DNA of 64,000 nt from an uncultured Alphaproteobacteria bacterium (GCA_902595425.1 CACJPV010000003.1:5227-69226); one strand, 5' to 3'. Counted from the stretch's first letter, positions 47,184 through 58,450 are shown. A program made the numbers and translations. The notes: generated by a model from the letters alone, not told the origin.

Positions 47184-47238
47184 TTAAATTTGTATAAGTT
47201 TTAATTCTTTCATTAGACTGACGTTGTTCAAGTCTGAA

Positions 47239-48213
<975 letters not shown>

Positions 48214-49008
48214 TTATAATTCTGTAACAATAGCCTTCTTTAAATCAGCAATAGCTTTTGCTGGATTGAGTCCTTTAGGACATGAGCGTGTACAATTCAT
48301 AATGGAATGGCATCGATATAATTTCATTGAATCGTTAACTGCTTTCAATCTGCTCTTTCTTTCTACATCTCTTGAGTCATTCACCCATCTTGCTGCCTGC
48401 ATTAAAACGGCTGGACCTAAATATTCATCACTGTTCCACCAATAACTGGGACATGAAGTAGTACAGCAAAAACATAGAACACATTCCCATTGTCCATCTA
48501 ATTTTTCTCTATCTTTTGGCATTTGTTTTTTTTCTTCATTATCTATTTTATTAGCACTTTTATTTTCATCTGATCTTTGTAACCAGGGTTTTATAGAAGC
48601 TAATTGATCATAAGCTTTACTTAAATCTGGCACTAAGTCTTTGACAACAGGCATGTGCGGTAAAGGATAAATTCTAATCTCACCTTTAACTTCTTCTATT
48701 GGTTTTAGGCATGCTAGTGTGTTTACCCCATCAATGTTCATTGCGCATGAACCACAAACACCTTCACGGCACGATCTTCGAAAAGTTAAGGAAGAGTCAA
48801 TTTCATTTTTTATTTTCATAAGTGCATCAAGAACCATAGGTCCACATTTTTTTAAATCAATTTCGTAACTATCTAATCTTGGATTTTGATTGTCTTCAGG
48901 ATTCCATCGATAAATGATAATTTTTTTTGGTTTTTCAGAAATATCTTTTACAGGATGTTCAATTCCTTTTTTTACTTTTGAATTTACAGGTAATGTGAAT
49001 TGCACCAT
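48214..49008 (-). CDS. sdhB: Succinate dehydrogenase iron-sulfur subunit
   Basis: [42 protein letters not shown]. Confidence 0.97.
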   Translation of the reverse strand: MVQFTLPVNSKVKKGIEHPVKDISEKPKKIIIYRWNPEDNQNPRLDSYEIDLKKCGPMVLDALMKIKNEIDSSLTFRRSCREGVCGSCAMNIDGVNTLACLKPIEEVKGEIRIYPLPHMPVVKDLVPDLSKAYDQLASIKPWLQRSDENKSANKIDNEEKKQMPKDREKLDGQWECVLCFCCTTSCPSYWWNSDEYLGPAVLMQAARWVNDSRDVERKSRLKAVNDSMKLYRCHSIMNCTRSCPKGLNPAKAIADLKKAIVTEL

Positions 49009-50802
49009 CTAATAAACTCTTTTCTTTGGAGGTATAGGCTGTACATGGTTCGTTAATGTGTTCATGTGAACTGGGCGACTTCCCATTTTTATCTTACCAT
49101 CATTATCAATCCAAGACAGTGAATGAACTAACCAGTTTGTGTCATCTCTCTCTTTAAAGTCTTCCCTTGCATGAGCCCCTCTGCTCTCTGTTCTAGTTAA
49201 AGCAGAGTGTAAAGTAACCTTAGATTGTGCCATAAGATTATGAAGCTCAAGAGACTCTGTTAAATCGGTATTAAAAATCATTGATTTATCTTTAACATCT
49301 ATATTGTCCATAGAACTCTCAATTTGATTAAACTCTTCAATACCCCTGGATATTAAATCATTGTTTCTGAACACCGCACATTTTTCTTGCATCACTTTTT
49401 GCATAGAGGTTCTTACCTCTCCAGTAGAGCTATCACCTTTATTAAATCGAATTTTATCAAAACGGTCTAATATTGGATCTAGTGAACCTCTATCAATTTC
49501 TATATTTTTACTATTAATTTTTACTTTCTCTTTTGCTGTAATACTAGATGCTTTCCCAAAAACTACTAAATCAATAAGAGAGTTAGTACCTAATCTATTT
49601 GCTCCATGAACCGATACACACGCAGCTTCACCTACTGCCAATAACCCTTCACATATGTTATCTGGATTGTCTTCAGTTGGACGTAGAACTTCCGTTCTAT
49701 GATTAGTTGGAATGCCGCCCATATTATAATGTACTGTTGGAAGTACTGGAATTGGCTCTTTAGTTAAATCAACTCCAGCAAAAATCTTTGCTGTTTCAGA
49801 TATTCCAGGTAATCTTTTATGTAGTGTAGAAGTATCAATGTGCTCAAGATGTAAAAGAACATGATCTGCATTTTCACCACAACCTCTTTTTTCATTAATT
49901 TCTATAGTCATTGCTCTACTTACTACATCTCTTGAAGCTAGATCTTTAGCATTTGGAGCATATCGCTCCATAAATCTTTCACCATCACTATTAGTTAAAT
50001 AACCACCTTCACCTCTAGCGCCTTCAGTGATGAGCACACCAGCACCATAAACTCCTGTTGGATGAAATTGAATAAATTCCATATCAGATAAAGGAAGATT
50101 TTGCCTAAGAGCCATGGCACTTCCATCGCCTGTGCAAATGTGAGCACTTGTTGAAGAAAAATATGCACGCCCATAACCGCCTGTAGCTAAAATTGTTTGA
50201 TGAGACAGAAAACGATGAATTGTGCCATCTTCTAAACACCATGCAACCACCCCTTTACAGTTACCAACTTTATCCATTACTAAATCGAGAACAAAATACT
50301 CAATATAAAACTCAACTTTATGTTTCAGTGACTGCTGGTAAAGTGTGTGAAGAAGAGCATGCCCTGTTCTATCTGCTGCTGCGCAAGCTCGCATTGCAGG
50401 TGCGCCTTCACCATTATTAGTTAAATGACCGCCAAAAGGTCTTTGGTATATTCGGCCATCCTTTGTTCTACTAAATGGCATTCCGTATTCTTCTAATTCT
50501 ATTACAGCTTCAGGAGCATTAGTGCAAAGATACTCTATGGCATCTTGATCTCCTAGCCAGTCGGATCCTTTTACAGTATCATACATATGCCATTTCCAAT
50601 TATCATCTCCCATATTGCCTAATGCTGCACCAATTCCACCCTGAGCTGCAACTGTGTGACTTCTTGTTGGGAAAACTTTTGAGATACATGCTGTTTTCAA
50701 ACCTGACTCAGCACATCCAAGTGTTGCTCGCAGTCCTGATCCTCCAGCTCCTACAACAACAACATCATAATGATGATCAGTAATATTATATGAAGTATTC
50801 AT
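49009..50802 (-). CDS. sdhA: Succinate dehydrogenase flavoprotein subunit
   Basis: [35 protein letters not shown]. Confidence 0.98.
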   Translation of the reverse strand: MNTSYNITDHHYDVVVVGAGGSGLRATLGCAESGLKTACISKVFPTRSHTVAAQGGIGAALGNMGDDNWKWHMYDTVKGSDWLGDQDAIEYLCTNAPEAVIELEEYGMPFSRTKDGRIYQRPFGGHLTNNGEGAPAMRACAAADRTGHALLHTLYQQSLKHKVEFYIEYFVLDLVMDKVGNCKGVVAWCLEDGTIHRFLSHQTILATGGYGRAYFSSTSAHICTGDGSAMALRQNLPLSDMEFIQFHPTGVYGAGVLITEGARGEGGYLTNSDGERFMERYAPNAKDLASRDVVSRAMTIEINEKRGCGENADHVLLHLEHIDTSTLHKRLPGISETAKIFAGVDLTKEPIPVLPTVHYNMGGIPTNHRTEVLRPTEDNPDNICEGLLAVGEAACVSVHGANRLGTNSLIDLVVFGKASSITAKEKVKINSKNIEIDRGSLDPILDRFDKIRFNKGDSSTGEVRTSMQKVMQEKCAVFRNNDLISRGIEEFNQIESSMDNIDVKDKSMIFNTDLTESLELHNLMAQSKVTLHSALTRTESRGAHAREDFKERDDTNWLVHSLSWIDNDGKIKMGSRPVHMNTLTNHVQPIPPKKRVY

Positions 50803-51131
50803 GCTTTTATCAGTGAGAAGATAGAGAAAGATACTATAATCATAAGAATGTATGTTAATGAGCTTATAAATAATTTAGTTATGTATTTTAATTTTTGTGA
50901 TGTGACATAATCATCTGCAATTGTTTCACAGCCTAATTTTGCATGATAAAGCATTGAAATTATTAAAATAAAGTAAAGTAAAGAATTCAATTTTGAGAAG
51001 AAAAATGCTTTGGTCTCTTCATAATTAAAAGATGCTAAAAGTAAGCAATTATAAACAAACCAAAAAGTAAGTGGAATTAAAATCAATGCAGTTATTCGTT
51101 GCATAATCCATTTTGTTGAATAGTTTTTCAT
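50799..51131 (-). CDS. sdhD: Succinate dehydrogenase hydrophobic anchor subunit (start ATG 51131)
   Basis: [13 protein letters not shown]…DDY; position between sdhC and sdhA. Confidence 0.9.
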   Translation of the reverse strand: MKNYSTKWIMQRITALILIPLTFWFVYNCLLLASFNYEETKAFFFSKLNSLLYFILIISMLYHAKLGCETIADDYVTSQKLKYITKLFISSLTYILMIIVSFSIFSLIKA

Positions 51132-51499
51132 AATAAAGTCCAAACAAAAATTGAAGATAATATTGATAAAAAGACTACGGCATAGCCACTTTTATAAACA
51201 ATACTTAGCTCCATCATTTTTCCATAACTCCAGAATAAATAACGGATACCATTAAAAAGATGATAAAAAATGGCTAATGTCCAAAGAAATAAGAGTATTT
51301 TAAAAGCAAAATATGAACTTATAGTTTTAAAAATTAAAAAATAGTTCTCTCCCAGTGCTATTAGGGCAATCCATATCGTTAATAACACCGCCCCTAAACT
51401 TAGAGCTATTCCAGTAAATCTATGAAAAATAGAGAAAACTGCTGTTAAAACATACTTATGAATAGACAAATGTGGGGATAAAGGTCGTTTGAATTCCAT
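51128..51499 (-). CDS. sdhC: Succinate dehydrogenase cytochrome b556 subunit (start ATG 51499)
   Basis: RPLSPHL, SIFHRFTG, YHLFNGIR. Confidence 0.92.
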   Translation of the reverse strand: MEFKRPLSPHLSIHKYVLTAVFSIFHRFTGIALSLGAVLLTIWIALIALGENYFLIFKTISSYFAFKILLFLWTLAIFYHLFNGIRYLFWSYGKMMELSIVYKSGYAVVFLSILSSIFVWTLL

Positions 51500-51602
51500 T
51501 TTTAAATAAAAAATAAGTACTTTATTTGTTCTAACTATATTTTTTTTGCAGAATTTCAAAAAAAATTAATGATTTCTTATATAGAAACTAAAATTTACAA
51601 AA

Positions 51603-51623
51603 TGTGTATAAGCCTGTGGATAG
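51603..51623 (-). promoter_or_regulatory. Tandem DnaA-box-like pair
   Basis: Minus strand reads CTATCCACA-ggc-TTATACACA; one perfect TTATNCACA box and one with a single mismatch. Confidence 0.5.
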
Positions 51624-51725
51624 AATAAATTTCAATAATATTTATTAAAGGGAAAAAAGGAAAAAAAATCAATAAAAAAAGCCGAAAATGTTGAAATCAG
51701 TAACTTTTAGATATAGTCCTAATTT

Positions 51726-51869
51726 AGTCGGATTGTAACTCAATTTCTTTGCTTCGGAGGAACGCCTAGAAATTTTTCATCTTACCCGCCGTTTGATGAT
51801 TTAAGAGTTTTCTTTTACTAGAGAAGTGTCTGCCAAGGTACAAACTAGAAGAGAGAGTCCGACTTTTTT
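51726..51869 (+). ncRNA. Structured rod-shaped ncRNA candidate (6S-like / IMES-like)
   Basis: Ends pair (AGTCGGATT 51726-34 with AGTCCGACT 51856-64), 40% GC by hand count versus AT-rich flanks, T-run after the 3' end, TATAGT -10-like hexamer at 51712-17, no ORF. Confidence 0.65.
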
Positions 51870-52857
51870 ATTTTAAATTATCTTCAAAAAAATTTTTCAT
51901 TTTTTCTGCATATAAATCTGGATACTTAAACATTCCATCCACATGATATGAATTTTCAGCTAACCAAAACTCAGATTTAATATTATTTTCCTCAGCATAT
52001 TTCTTAAAATATTCGTAGTGCCTGATCAACATCCTTTGATCTTTATCGCCATGAGTAAAAAAATAATTTTGATCATTGTTTAATTTCTTAGCTGGATTTA
52101 AATTAATAGGGTCAACACCAGATAATAATTTTCCAAAGAAACTTACTGCAGGTCCAAACTCAATGGACAAACCATAACGGGCAATTTCATCTTGAAGAAC
52201 CATATTAAACTCTGCCAGCGAACTATCTGCCCATATAGCTTTAATATCTCTTTCTTTATTAGCTGCAAAAATTACTGGTACTGCGCCTAAGGAAATACCG
52301 TGAAGACCAATGCTATTACTTTCAAAACCAATTTTTTTTAGAAAATCATAAGCTCCTAAAACATCATTATAAGATTTTAAACCTAGATCTTCATAATCAC
52401 TTACAATATCACTTTGACCATAATTACGTAAATCAATAGTTAAAGCATTAATACGTTCTTGAATTAATAAACTAGCAATTAAGTTTGACTCAGGTTTACA
52501 TTTACCATTTGGATAAATCCCATGAACTACTACTACAATTGGACGTTCTGGATAATAATTAAATAGCCACCCATTAAGCTGAATATCTTTTTCTCTAGAG
52601 GGAAAATACACATTTTGCCATTTCTCAAGATGATATTCACTTGAAGGAAAATTATCTCTCAATCTACTTCTTGATAAATTTGAATATTCATGGGCATCAA
52701 TTTTAGTGTTCCATGAATTAGGTTTTGAATTTTCATGCCAACCACATGTGTGATCTATTTTTAGAATGCTATATGCTACATAGAATCCCGCAACACCATA
52801 AATAAGAAAACCTAAAAACATTATAGATGACAATATAATTAATAATTTTTTTTTCAT
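51868..52857 (-). CDS. Membrane-anchored alpha/beta hydrolase
   Basis: N-terminal TM helix, VVHG, IDLRNYGQS, GISLG nucleophile, HGDKD, H at YHVD. Confidence 0.8.
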   Translation of the reverse strand: MKKKLLIILSSIMFLGFLIYGVAGFYVAYSILKIDHTCGWHENSKPNSWNTKIDAHEYSNLSRSRLRDNFPSSEYHLEKWQNVYFPSREKDIQLNGWLFNYYPERPIVVVVHGIYPNGKCKPESNLIASLLIQERINALTIDLRNYGQSDIVSDYEDLGLKSYNDVLGAYDFLKKIGFESNSIGLHGISLGAVPVIFAANKERDIKAIWADSSLAEFNMVLQDEIARYGLSIEFGPAVSFFGKLLSGVDPINLNPAKKLNNDQNYFFTHGDKDQRMLIRHYEYFKKYAEENNIKSEFWLAENSYHVDGMFKYPDLYAEKMKNFFEDNLK

Positions 52858-53891
52858 GAAGGCTGAATGATGGTCATTTCATATAATCTACTTGCAGTTC
52901 TATTAAACTCTTTAGATAAATTTGCAATTTGACATAAGGTAGAAATTGGACTTTCAGCAAGGATGACAACAGAACACTTATTATCATAAAGCATATCAAT
53001 TAAACTTATAAATCTTCTACACTGATCAGAATAATCATTTGTCATTTTTGGAACATTTTCAATAAAAATAAGATTAAACTCTTTTGCAATATTGGCATAA
53101 TCTTCATGTGCAAGATTAGCATTGCAAATAAAATCAAAGGTGCAATAAGCTACATTAGCGGAACATTTTGTAAAATGTATTTCTCTACTTTTAATTTCTA
53201 CTTTCTTAGTTGTTAAATTATTTGCATCAACCAATCTATCAAAAAGCGAATTAAATTCCTCTTCAGTATCTTTATTTATTGGTGTGAAATAAGTCTTAGA
53301 TTGATTCAATCTAATTCTTCTATAATCTGTTTGACTAGCAACATTGATAACATCGTAACTTTCTTTTATGTGCTCAATAAAAGGTAAAAAATCTGCTCTT
53401 TGCAAACCATTTTTATAAAGATCACTTGGTTGAAAATTAGAAGATGTCATGATAAAAATATTATTTTCTTCAAGTAAATGAAAAATTTTTTTAATTAAAA
53501 GAGCATCGACTATATTAAAAATATGTAATTCATCGATAAAAAGTATTTTAATTTCTTTACAGAAATCCTTTATAAATAGTTCTAATGTGTTATGCTTATT
53601 TTTATTTGAATTAATAGTGTCATGAATTCTGTTCATCAAGTGATTGAAATGAATTTTTTTTCCTTCCTTGCTGTATTGTGAGAATAAACTTAGTAAAAAT
53701 GTCTTGCCTGTACCTACAGAGCCATAAACATAGATTCCTATTTTTTTCTTTTTAGAAAAAAATAAATTACTTTTGTTATAATAATCCCAAACAGAAGAAA
53801 TTTTATTTAATAAATCAATTTGATTAGTGTCTTTTTTAATAAAGTTATTTAATACAAAACCATTATAGTGATCAAGAACTGAAAAGTTCAT
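52854..53891 (-). CDS. zapE: Cell division ATPase ZapE (AFG1 family)
   Basis: GIYVYGSVGTGKT, FIDELH, TSSNFQPSDLYKNGLQR, DYR, RRFISLIDMLYD, FNRTASRLYEM. Confidence 0.9.
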   Translation of the reverse strand: MNFSVLDHYNGFVLNNFIKKDTNQIDLLNKISSVWDYYNKSNLFFSKKKKIGIYVYGSVGTGKTFLLSLFSQYSKEGKKIHFNHLMNRIHDTINSNKNKHNTLELFIKDFCKEIKILFIDELHIFNIVDALLIKKIFHLLEENNIFIMTSSNFQPSDLYKNGLQRADFLPFIEHIKESYDVINVASQTDYRRIRLNQSKTYFTPINKDTEEEFNSLFDRLVDANNLTTKKVEIKSREIHFTKCSANVAYCTFDFICNANLAHEDYANIAKEFNLIFIENVPKMTNDYSDQCRRFISLIDMLYDNKCSVVILAESPISTLCQIANLSKEFNRTASRLYEMTIIQPS

Positions 53892-54031
53892 TATTTTTTT
53901 CCTAAAAAATCTTTTAAACTATTTAGTGTTTCTAATTCAGATTTAGATAAGTTCCCATCTTTTTGTTTTTTTTTCAAACGTTCATATTGTAACATTAGAA
54001 ACTTTATACTATTCGCAACTTTTTCTGTCAT
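53891..54031 (-). CDS. Unannotated 46-aa protein coupled to the MFS gene and zapE
   Basis: MTEKVANSIKFLMLQYERLKKKQKDGNLSKSELETLNSLKDFLGKK; ATGA overlap with the MFS stop and TAATG overlap with the zapE start. Confidence 0.75.
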   Translation of the reverse strand: MTEKVANSIKFLMLQYERLKKKQKDGNLSKSELETLNSLKDFLGKK

Positions 54032-55221
54032 GGTAGTTTATTATAAATAGGAAGAAGAGTTGAAACAATTATAATTATAATACTGATTATAGCAATACTA
54101 GTAATTCCGAGCCCCCAATCAATTAAATATCCAAAAACCAAAGGAGAAAGTGCACTAGCAAATACTGCCCCTGAATGTAACAAAGCTTTAACAGTCCCTA
54201 AACTTTCAAGATTATATAATTCAGCCCACAGTGAGCCAATAAATGGTCTGCCAATTCCCATGTTTAGTCCATATAGAGACATGTAAACAATTAAAGAAAA
54301 CACACTATCAAATAAAAGTAAAATAATCACTGATAGTAATAAAGGAACTAATGCAGTAATTGCTGTTTTTTTAGTATCCAATTTATCAACTAAAGGTCCT
54401 CCGAATAAAAGACCTACTATCGAAAAGAAACCTAATAAAATGTAACCATTTCCTAACATTTCTAGTGACCATCCTTTTTGATCAAAAATATAAATTTGAT
54501 GAAACATCAAACCTGTAGATATAAATGATGATGTTATTGATAGAGGAAAATATATATAAAATTTATTATCTTTTAGAATATCTCTTGTAAGTAATTTTTT
54601 ATTAATAGAGTTTTCTTGAAAATTAACTTTAAAATTTTGATGTCTTTTTTTCTGATCCGATAATGCAAAAAATACAAAAGGAATAAAAAAAACGATTGAA
54701 AAAGATGCAAAAAACCATAGTTGACTTACTTTCAGATCTTTAAAAATATTTAGAGCTAGATACGGCAGAAACATTACGCCAAACATTCCTCCCAAGGTGG
54801 CAATTGACAAAGCTTTACCTCTATCATTTCCAAAATACCTGGCCATAGTAGTTGCTCCTGCATGATCCATTGCTCCTTGACCAAAAAAACGCAGCATAAA
54901 AATTATTAGAAAAAGATAGAAAATATTATTTATTAATATAGCCATCCCCATACATGCTAAAAAAAGTCCTAAAGAAATTATAAATGAGTAAATTCTTAGA
55001 TCTATATAATCTATTAATTTTGCAAAACTGATTAAAATGAATGAGCTAGATAATGTAGCTATAGCATAAACAAAACCAAATTCTCCATCAGATAATCCAT
55101 AAAAGACTCTTATCTCTGTATTAAAAAGAGAAATAAAAAAAGTTTGGCCATAACTTGCAAAAAAAACAATTAGGAATCCAAAAAGTAGTAGCTTTGGGTC
55201 ATATAAAAAAAAATTTTTCAT
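54028..55221 (-). CDS. MFS transporter
   Basis: About 12 TM segments, GQTFFISLF, LRFFGQG, RYF…RGKALS, LWAELY…LG. Confidence 0.88.
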   Translation of the reverse strand: MKNFFLYDPKLLLFGFLIVFFASYGQTFFISLFNTEIRVFYGLSDGEFGFVYAIATLSSSFILISFAKLIDYIDLRIYSFIISLGLFLACMGMAILINNIFYLFLIIFMLRFFGQGAMDHAGATTMARYFGNDRGKALSIATLGGMFGVMFLPYLALNIFKDLKVSQLWFFASFSIVFFIPFVFFALSDQKKRHQNFKVNFQENSINKKLLTRDILKDNKFYIYFPLSITSSFISTGLMFHQIYIFDQKGWSLEMLGNGYILLGFFSIVGLLFGGPLVDKLDTKKTAITALVPLLLSVIILLLFDSVFSLIVYMSLYGLNMGIGRPFIGSLWAELYNLESLGTVKALLHSGAVFASALSPLVFGYLIDWGLGITSIAIISIIIIIVSTLLPIYNKLP

Positions 55222-55425
55222 TTAAGATAACCTGACCACAGCAAAAAAAACTGGATTTTTTTTAATAATTTTTTTTATTCTAAATTTTTTACAAAGGTTT
55301 GTTAGGCGTTTTCTTTTTGGAAAATTTACTGTTTTAAACTGAAGATTATCATGGCCAAATAACAACTCCTGACCAATGCTTTCATAATATTTTATATTTA
55401 TACTGGATTTTCTTCTAATAGGCAT
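55222..55425 (-). CDS. Hypothetical basic 67-aa protein
   Basis: TAATG overlap with the udg stop; its own stop abuts the MFS ATG. Confidence 0.6.
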   Translation of the reverse strand: MPIRRKSSINIKYYESIGQELLFGHDNLQFKTVNFPKRKRLTNLCKKFRIKKIIKKNPVFFAVVRLS

Positions 55426-56102
55426 TATCGGTTAATAACTTTCTTAACTTTTTTTAATAATTTAAGCATTTTATTTTCATTTATTCTACCAGTATTTACA
55501 TTTCGAGGACTAGGATGATATGAGCCAATTAATATTTTTTTATCAGGTAGAAGATACTCTATTCCATGCTGAAAAATGAAATCTTTTCTTTTAATATCAT
55601 AATCTTGCATATAAAAATTCAAACAAGCATCAAATGCAATTTTGCCCAGAGCTACTATTGTATTTATTTTTGATAAATAACTTATTTCTTCCTTGAGAAA
55701 TTTAAAACATGTTTTAAGCTCATCAGGCTTTGGCTTATCTTCAGGTGGAACACATTTTAATGCAGTTGTTAAATAGAGATTTTTAAGTTGTAACCCATCA
55801 TCTCTTGAAATAGAAATACCCTGATTAGCAAAACCTGACTTATAAAGACACTTAAAAAGAAAATCTGCAGATTTATCTCCGGTGAATACCCTTCCAGTTC
55901 TATTCCCTCCGTGAGCTGCTGGAGCAAGACCTATCATGAGTAACTGTGCATCAGTATCTCCATAACCAGTAATTGGTTTTCCCCAATAATTATGATCAAT
56001 ATACTGACGTCTTTTTTCAGTAGCAACTTTTTCTCTAAAATTTACAAGTCTATCACAATTTCTGCACTTAGTTATTTTGTTGTTTAATTTAATTAATGTC
56101 AT
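55425..56102 (-). CDS. Uracil-DNA glycosylase, family 5 (UdgB-type, Fe-S)
   Basis: CRNC.RL, GLAPAAHGGNRTGRVFTGD, KCVPP.DKP, SYHPSPRN. Confidence 0.9.
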   Translation of the reverse strand: MTLIKLNNKITKCRNCDRLVNFREKVATEKRRQYIDHNYWGKPITGYGDTDAQLLMIGLAPAAHGGNRTGRVFTGDKSADFLFKCLYKSGFANQGISISRDDGLQLKNLYLTTALKCVPPEDKPKPDELKTCFKFLKEEISYLSKINTIVALGKIAFDACLNFYMQDYDIKRKDFIFQHGIEYLLPDKKILIGSYHPSPRNVNTGRINENKMLKLLKKVKKVINR

Positions 56103-56133
56103 GAAGATAAATCTTCTATATTATACCTAATCA

Positions 56134-56694
56134 GTGAATAAAAGAGCAAAAGCAATATTAGATTTTTGGTTTGTGCAATCAGGAATGGAAGACTGGTTTA
56201 AAAAAGATAGTAAATTTGATGCAAAAATTAAAAAATTTTTTTTAAAAGATTTAGAAAAAGCAATCAATAATGAATATGAGGGATGGCAAGATACAGCTGA
56301 AGAATGTGTAGCTCTTGTGATATTACTAGATCAATTCTCAAGAAATCTTTTTAGAGATAATCCAAAAGCTTTTGATCAAGACTACAGAACGAGATTAATT
56401 GTTAATGAGGCAGTTGATAGGGGTTATTTAGAGGAATTAAGTCAAATAAAAATACATTTTCTTTTAATGCCACTGATTCATAGCGAAGATCTGAGTGATC
56501 ATGTTTTTGGTCATAATCTTATAGATACATATTTAAAAACTTATGAACACTATGATAAAATAAAAACATCATGGAATAATCATACTGTTCCAATCAAAAA
56601 ATTTGCAAGATATCCTCATAGAAATATTATATTAGGCAGAACATCAACTCTTGAAGAAAAAAATTTTTTAAAACAACCAAATAGCTCTTGGTAG
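56134..56694 (+). CDS. DUF924 family protein
   Basis: ILDFWF…WF, ILLDQFSRNLFR, PLIHSE, RYPHRN.ILGRTST.EE. Confidence 0.88.
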   Translation: MNKRAKAILDFWFVQSGMEDWFKKDSKFDAKIKKFFLKDLEKAINNEYEGWQDTAEECVALVILLDQFSRNLFRDNPKAFDQDYRTRLIVNEAVDRGYLEELSQIKIHFLLMPLIHSEDLSDHVFGHNLIDTYLKTYEHYDKIKTSWNNHTVPIKKFARYPHRNIILGRTSTLEEKNFLKQPNSSW

Positions 56695-57534
56695 TTATTT
56701 TTGTTCTACTCCTGTTAGAGCGCTAACAAATTGTTTCTGAAACATATATATAAATATAAGTGGTAAAAGACCAGCGATAGTAGATGCAGCAAATTGCTGA
56801 TTCCAAATTGGTGCATATTCAGTAGAAAATCTTGCTAACACTACTTGTATCAAGTGAAGATCTGGTGATGGAGCTGCAATTAATGGCCATAAAAAAGATT
56901 CCCATTGAAAAACAAACAACAATAAACCTGCTCCTAAAGTGACAGGTCTTGATAAAGGCATGCATATTTTCCAATAAACACCAAACCACGATAAACCATC
57001 AACTCTTGCTGCCTCCATTAATTCTTTTGGAATTCCCATAAAGAACTGTCTAAATAAAAATATTATTATGCCATTAGCAAGCATTGGAATTATCAAAGCA
57101 TAATAAGTGTCAAACCAACCAATTTGTCTCATCATTTTAAATAATGGAATTGCAATGGCATCTGCAGGTACAGCAAAAGATAATAAAATAAATCCAAACA
57201 TAATATTATCTCCCTTAAATCGAAACTGAGCGAAAGCAAATCCGGCCATTGAATTTATTACAATACCTCCTATAACTGACACAACAGACACAAAGAATGT
57301 ATTAATCATTGCTTTTCCAAATCCTTTTTGAAAAATACCATAATAAGGATCTAAAGATGTGCCTGGCACCATTGACCAAAAAGAAAAAGGGGCAACCTCT
57401 GCAAAAATTGTTACGTTATCTTTGAAAGAACTAGAAAGAGCCCACCAAAAAGGTGCTATTGTAATAATCAACCCTATTACAATTATTAAATACCATGCAT
57501 AAATACTCCAATTCTTGTTAATGTGTGTAATCAT
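56695..57534 (-). CDS. Carbohydrate ABC transporter permease (MalG-like)
   Basis: FLFRQFF.GIPKELMEAARVDG EAA loop, WESFLWPL, FQKQFV. Confidence 0.9.
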   Translation of the reverse strand: MITHINKNWSIYAWYLIIVIGLIITIAPFWWALSSSFKDNVTIFAEVAPFSFWSMVPGTSLDPYYGIFQKGFGKAMINTFFVSVVSVIGGIVINSMAGFAFAQFRFKGDNIMFGFILLSFAVPADAIAIPLFKMMRQIGWFDTYYALIIPMLANGIIIFLFRQFFMGIPKELMEAARVDGLSWFGVYWKICMPLSRPVTLGAGLLLFVFQWESFLWPLIAAPSPDLHLIQVVLARFSTEYAPIWNQQFAASTIAGLLPLIFIYMFQKQFVSALTGVEQK

Positions 57535-58430
57535 TATTTGACCTTGTCCTCTTTATTTTCACCTAAAAATAATAATTGTAGTCCAATAACAATTAAAGAA
57601 ATAATTGTTAAAATACTTATGATTGAAAGAGACCTTCCCCAATCCTGATAATAAAAACCACTTCGATAAGCCTCAAAAGCCAATACATTTGTTGATTGCA
57701 TCGGCCCACCTTTTGTAAGAATGATCATAGGAACCATTAGAACAAAATTTGTAGCTGTATCTGCAACAAAAACAAAAAGTATTGTTCTTTTTAATAATGG
57801 TAAAGTAATAAATCGAAATTTTTCAAAAGTTCTTGCACCATCAATTTTAGCTGCTTCATAATACTGAGTAGGAATCTCTTCCATACCTGCAAGCAAAAAC
57901 AGCATCCAAAAAGCAACCCCCTTCCATGTCGCTATTGCTATAATTGACCATAAAGCCTGATGTTCACTTATTAAAAAAGGCTGAGGGGGTATTCCAAAGA
58001 GTCCAAGAAAACCATTAGCTAAACCTTGGTAAGGATCAAGCATTAAGCCCCACACAACTGTTGCTATTGGTAAAGCTACCCCTATTGGTAATAAATATAA
58101 AGATCTTATTACTCTTATAAATCTAGATTTACGCATTAAAAGCAAAGCCAAGCCCAAAGAGAGAGAAATTTGAAAAGGATTAATAATTACAGTTAGAATA
58201 GATGTTATTTTTAAAGATTGCCAAAATAATGGATCATCAAAAAGATATTGATAATTCTCAAACCATACAAACAATCTTTTTTCAACACCACCTCCAAAAC
58301 TAGTATAAATTAAACTTTCCCATAAGCCTATAAAGATAGGGTAAAGTTTAAAGGCTATTGTTGCTAATAATGCTGGAGCTAAAAACAAATAAGGAACTAT
58401 CCATTGTCTTTTAAAAAAATTATTCTTCAT
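57534..58430 (-). CDS. Carbohydrate ABC transporter permease (MalF/UgpA-like)
   Basis: YLFLAPA, ENYQYLF.DPLFW, YEAAKIDGA…FRFITLPLL, TKGGP. Confidence 0.9.
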   Translation of the reverse strand: MKNNFFKRQWIVPYLFLAPALLATIAFKLYPIFIGLWESLIYTSFGGGVEKRLFVWFENYQYLFDDPLFWQSLKITSILTVIINPFQISLSLGLALLLMRKSRFIRVIRSLYLLPIGVALPIATVVWGLMLDPYQGLANGFLGLFGIPPQPFLISEHQALWSIIAIATWKGVAFWMLFLLAGMEEIPTQYYEAAKIDGARTFEKFRFITLPLLKRTILFVFVADTATNFVLMVPMIILTKGGPMQSTNVLAFEAYRSGFYYQDWGRSLSIISILTIISLIVIGLQLLFLGENKEDKVK

Positions 58431-58450
58431 AAATTTTTATATCAGAAAAT

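Noticed and set aside
47212-47237. Small hairpin between mdh and sucC as a regulatory RNA motif
   Set aside because: Short bulged stem only; cannot be distinguished from an ordinary intercistronic stem-loop
51500-51725. oriC in the sdhC upstream region
   Set aside because: Only two DnaA boxes, no clear DnaA-trios and none of the usual origin-linked genes nearby; kept only as a DnaA-box finding
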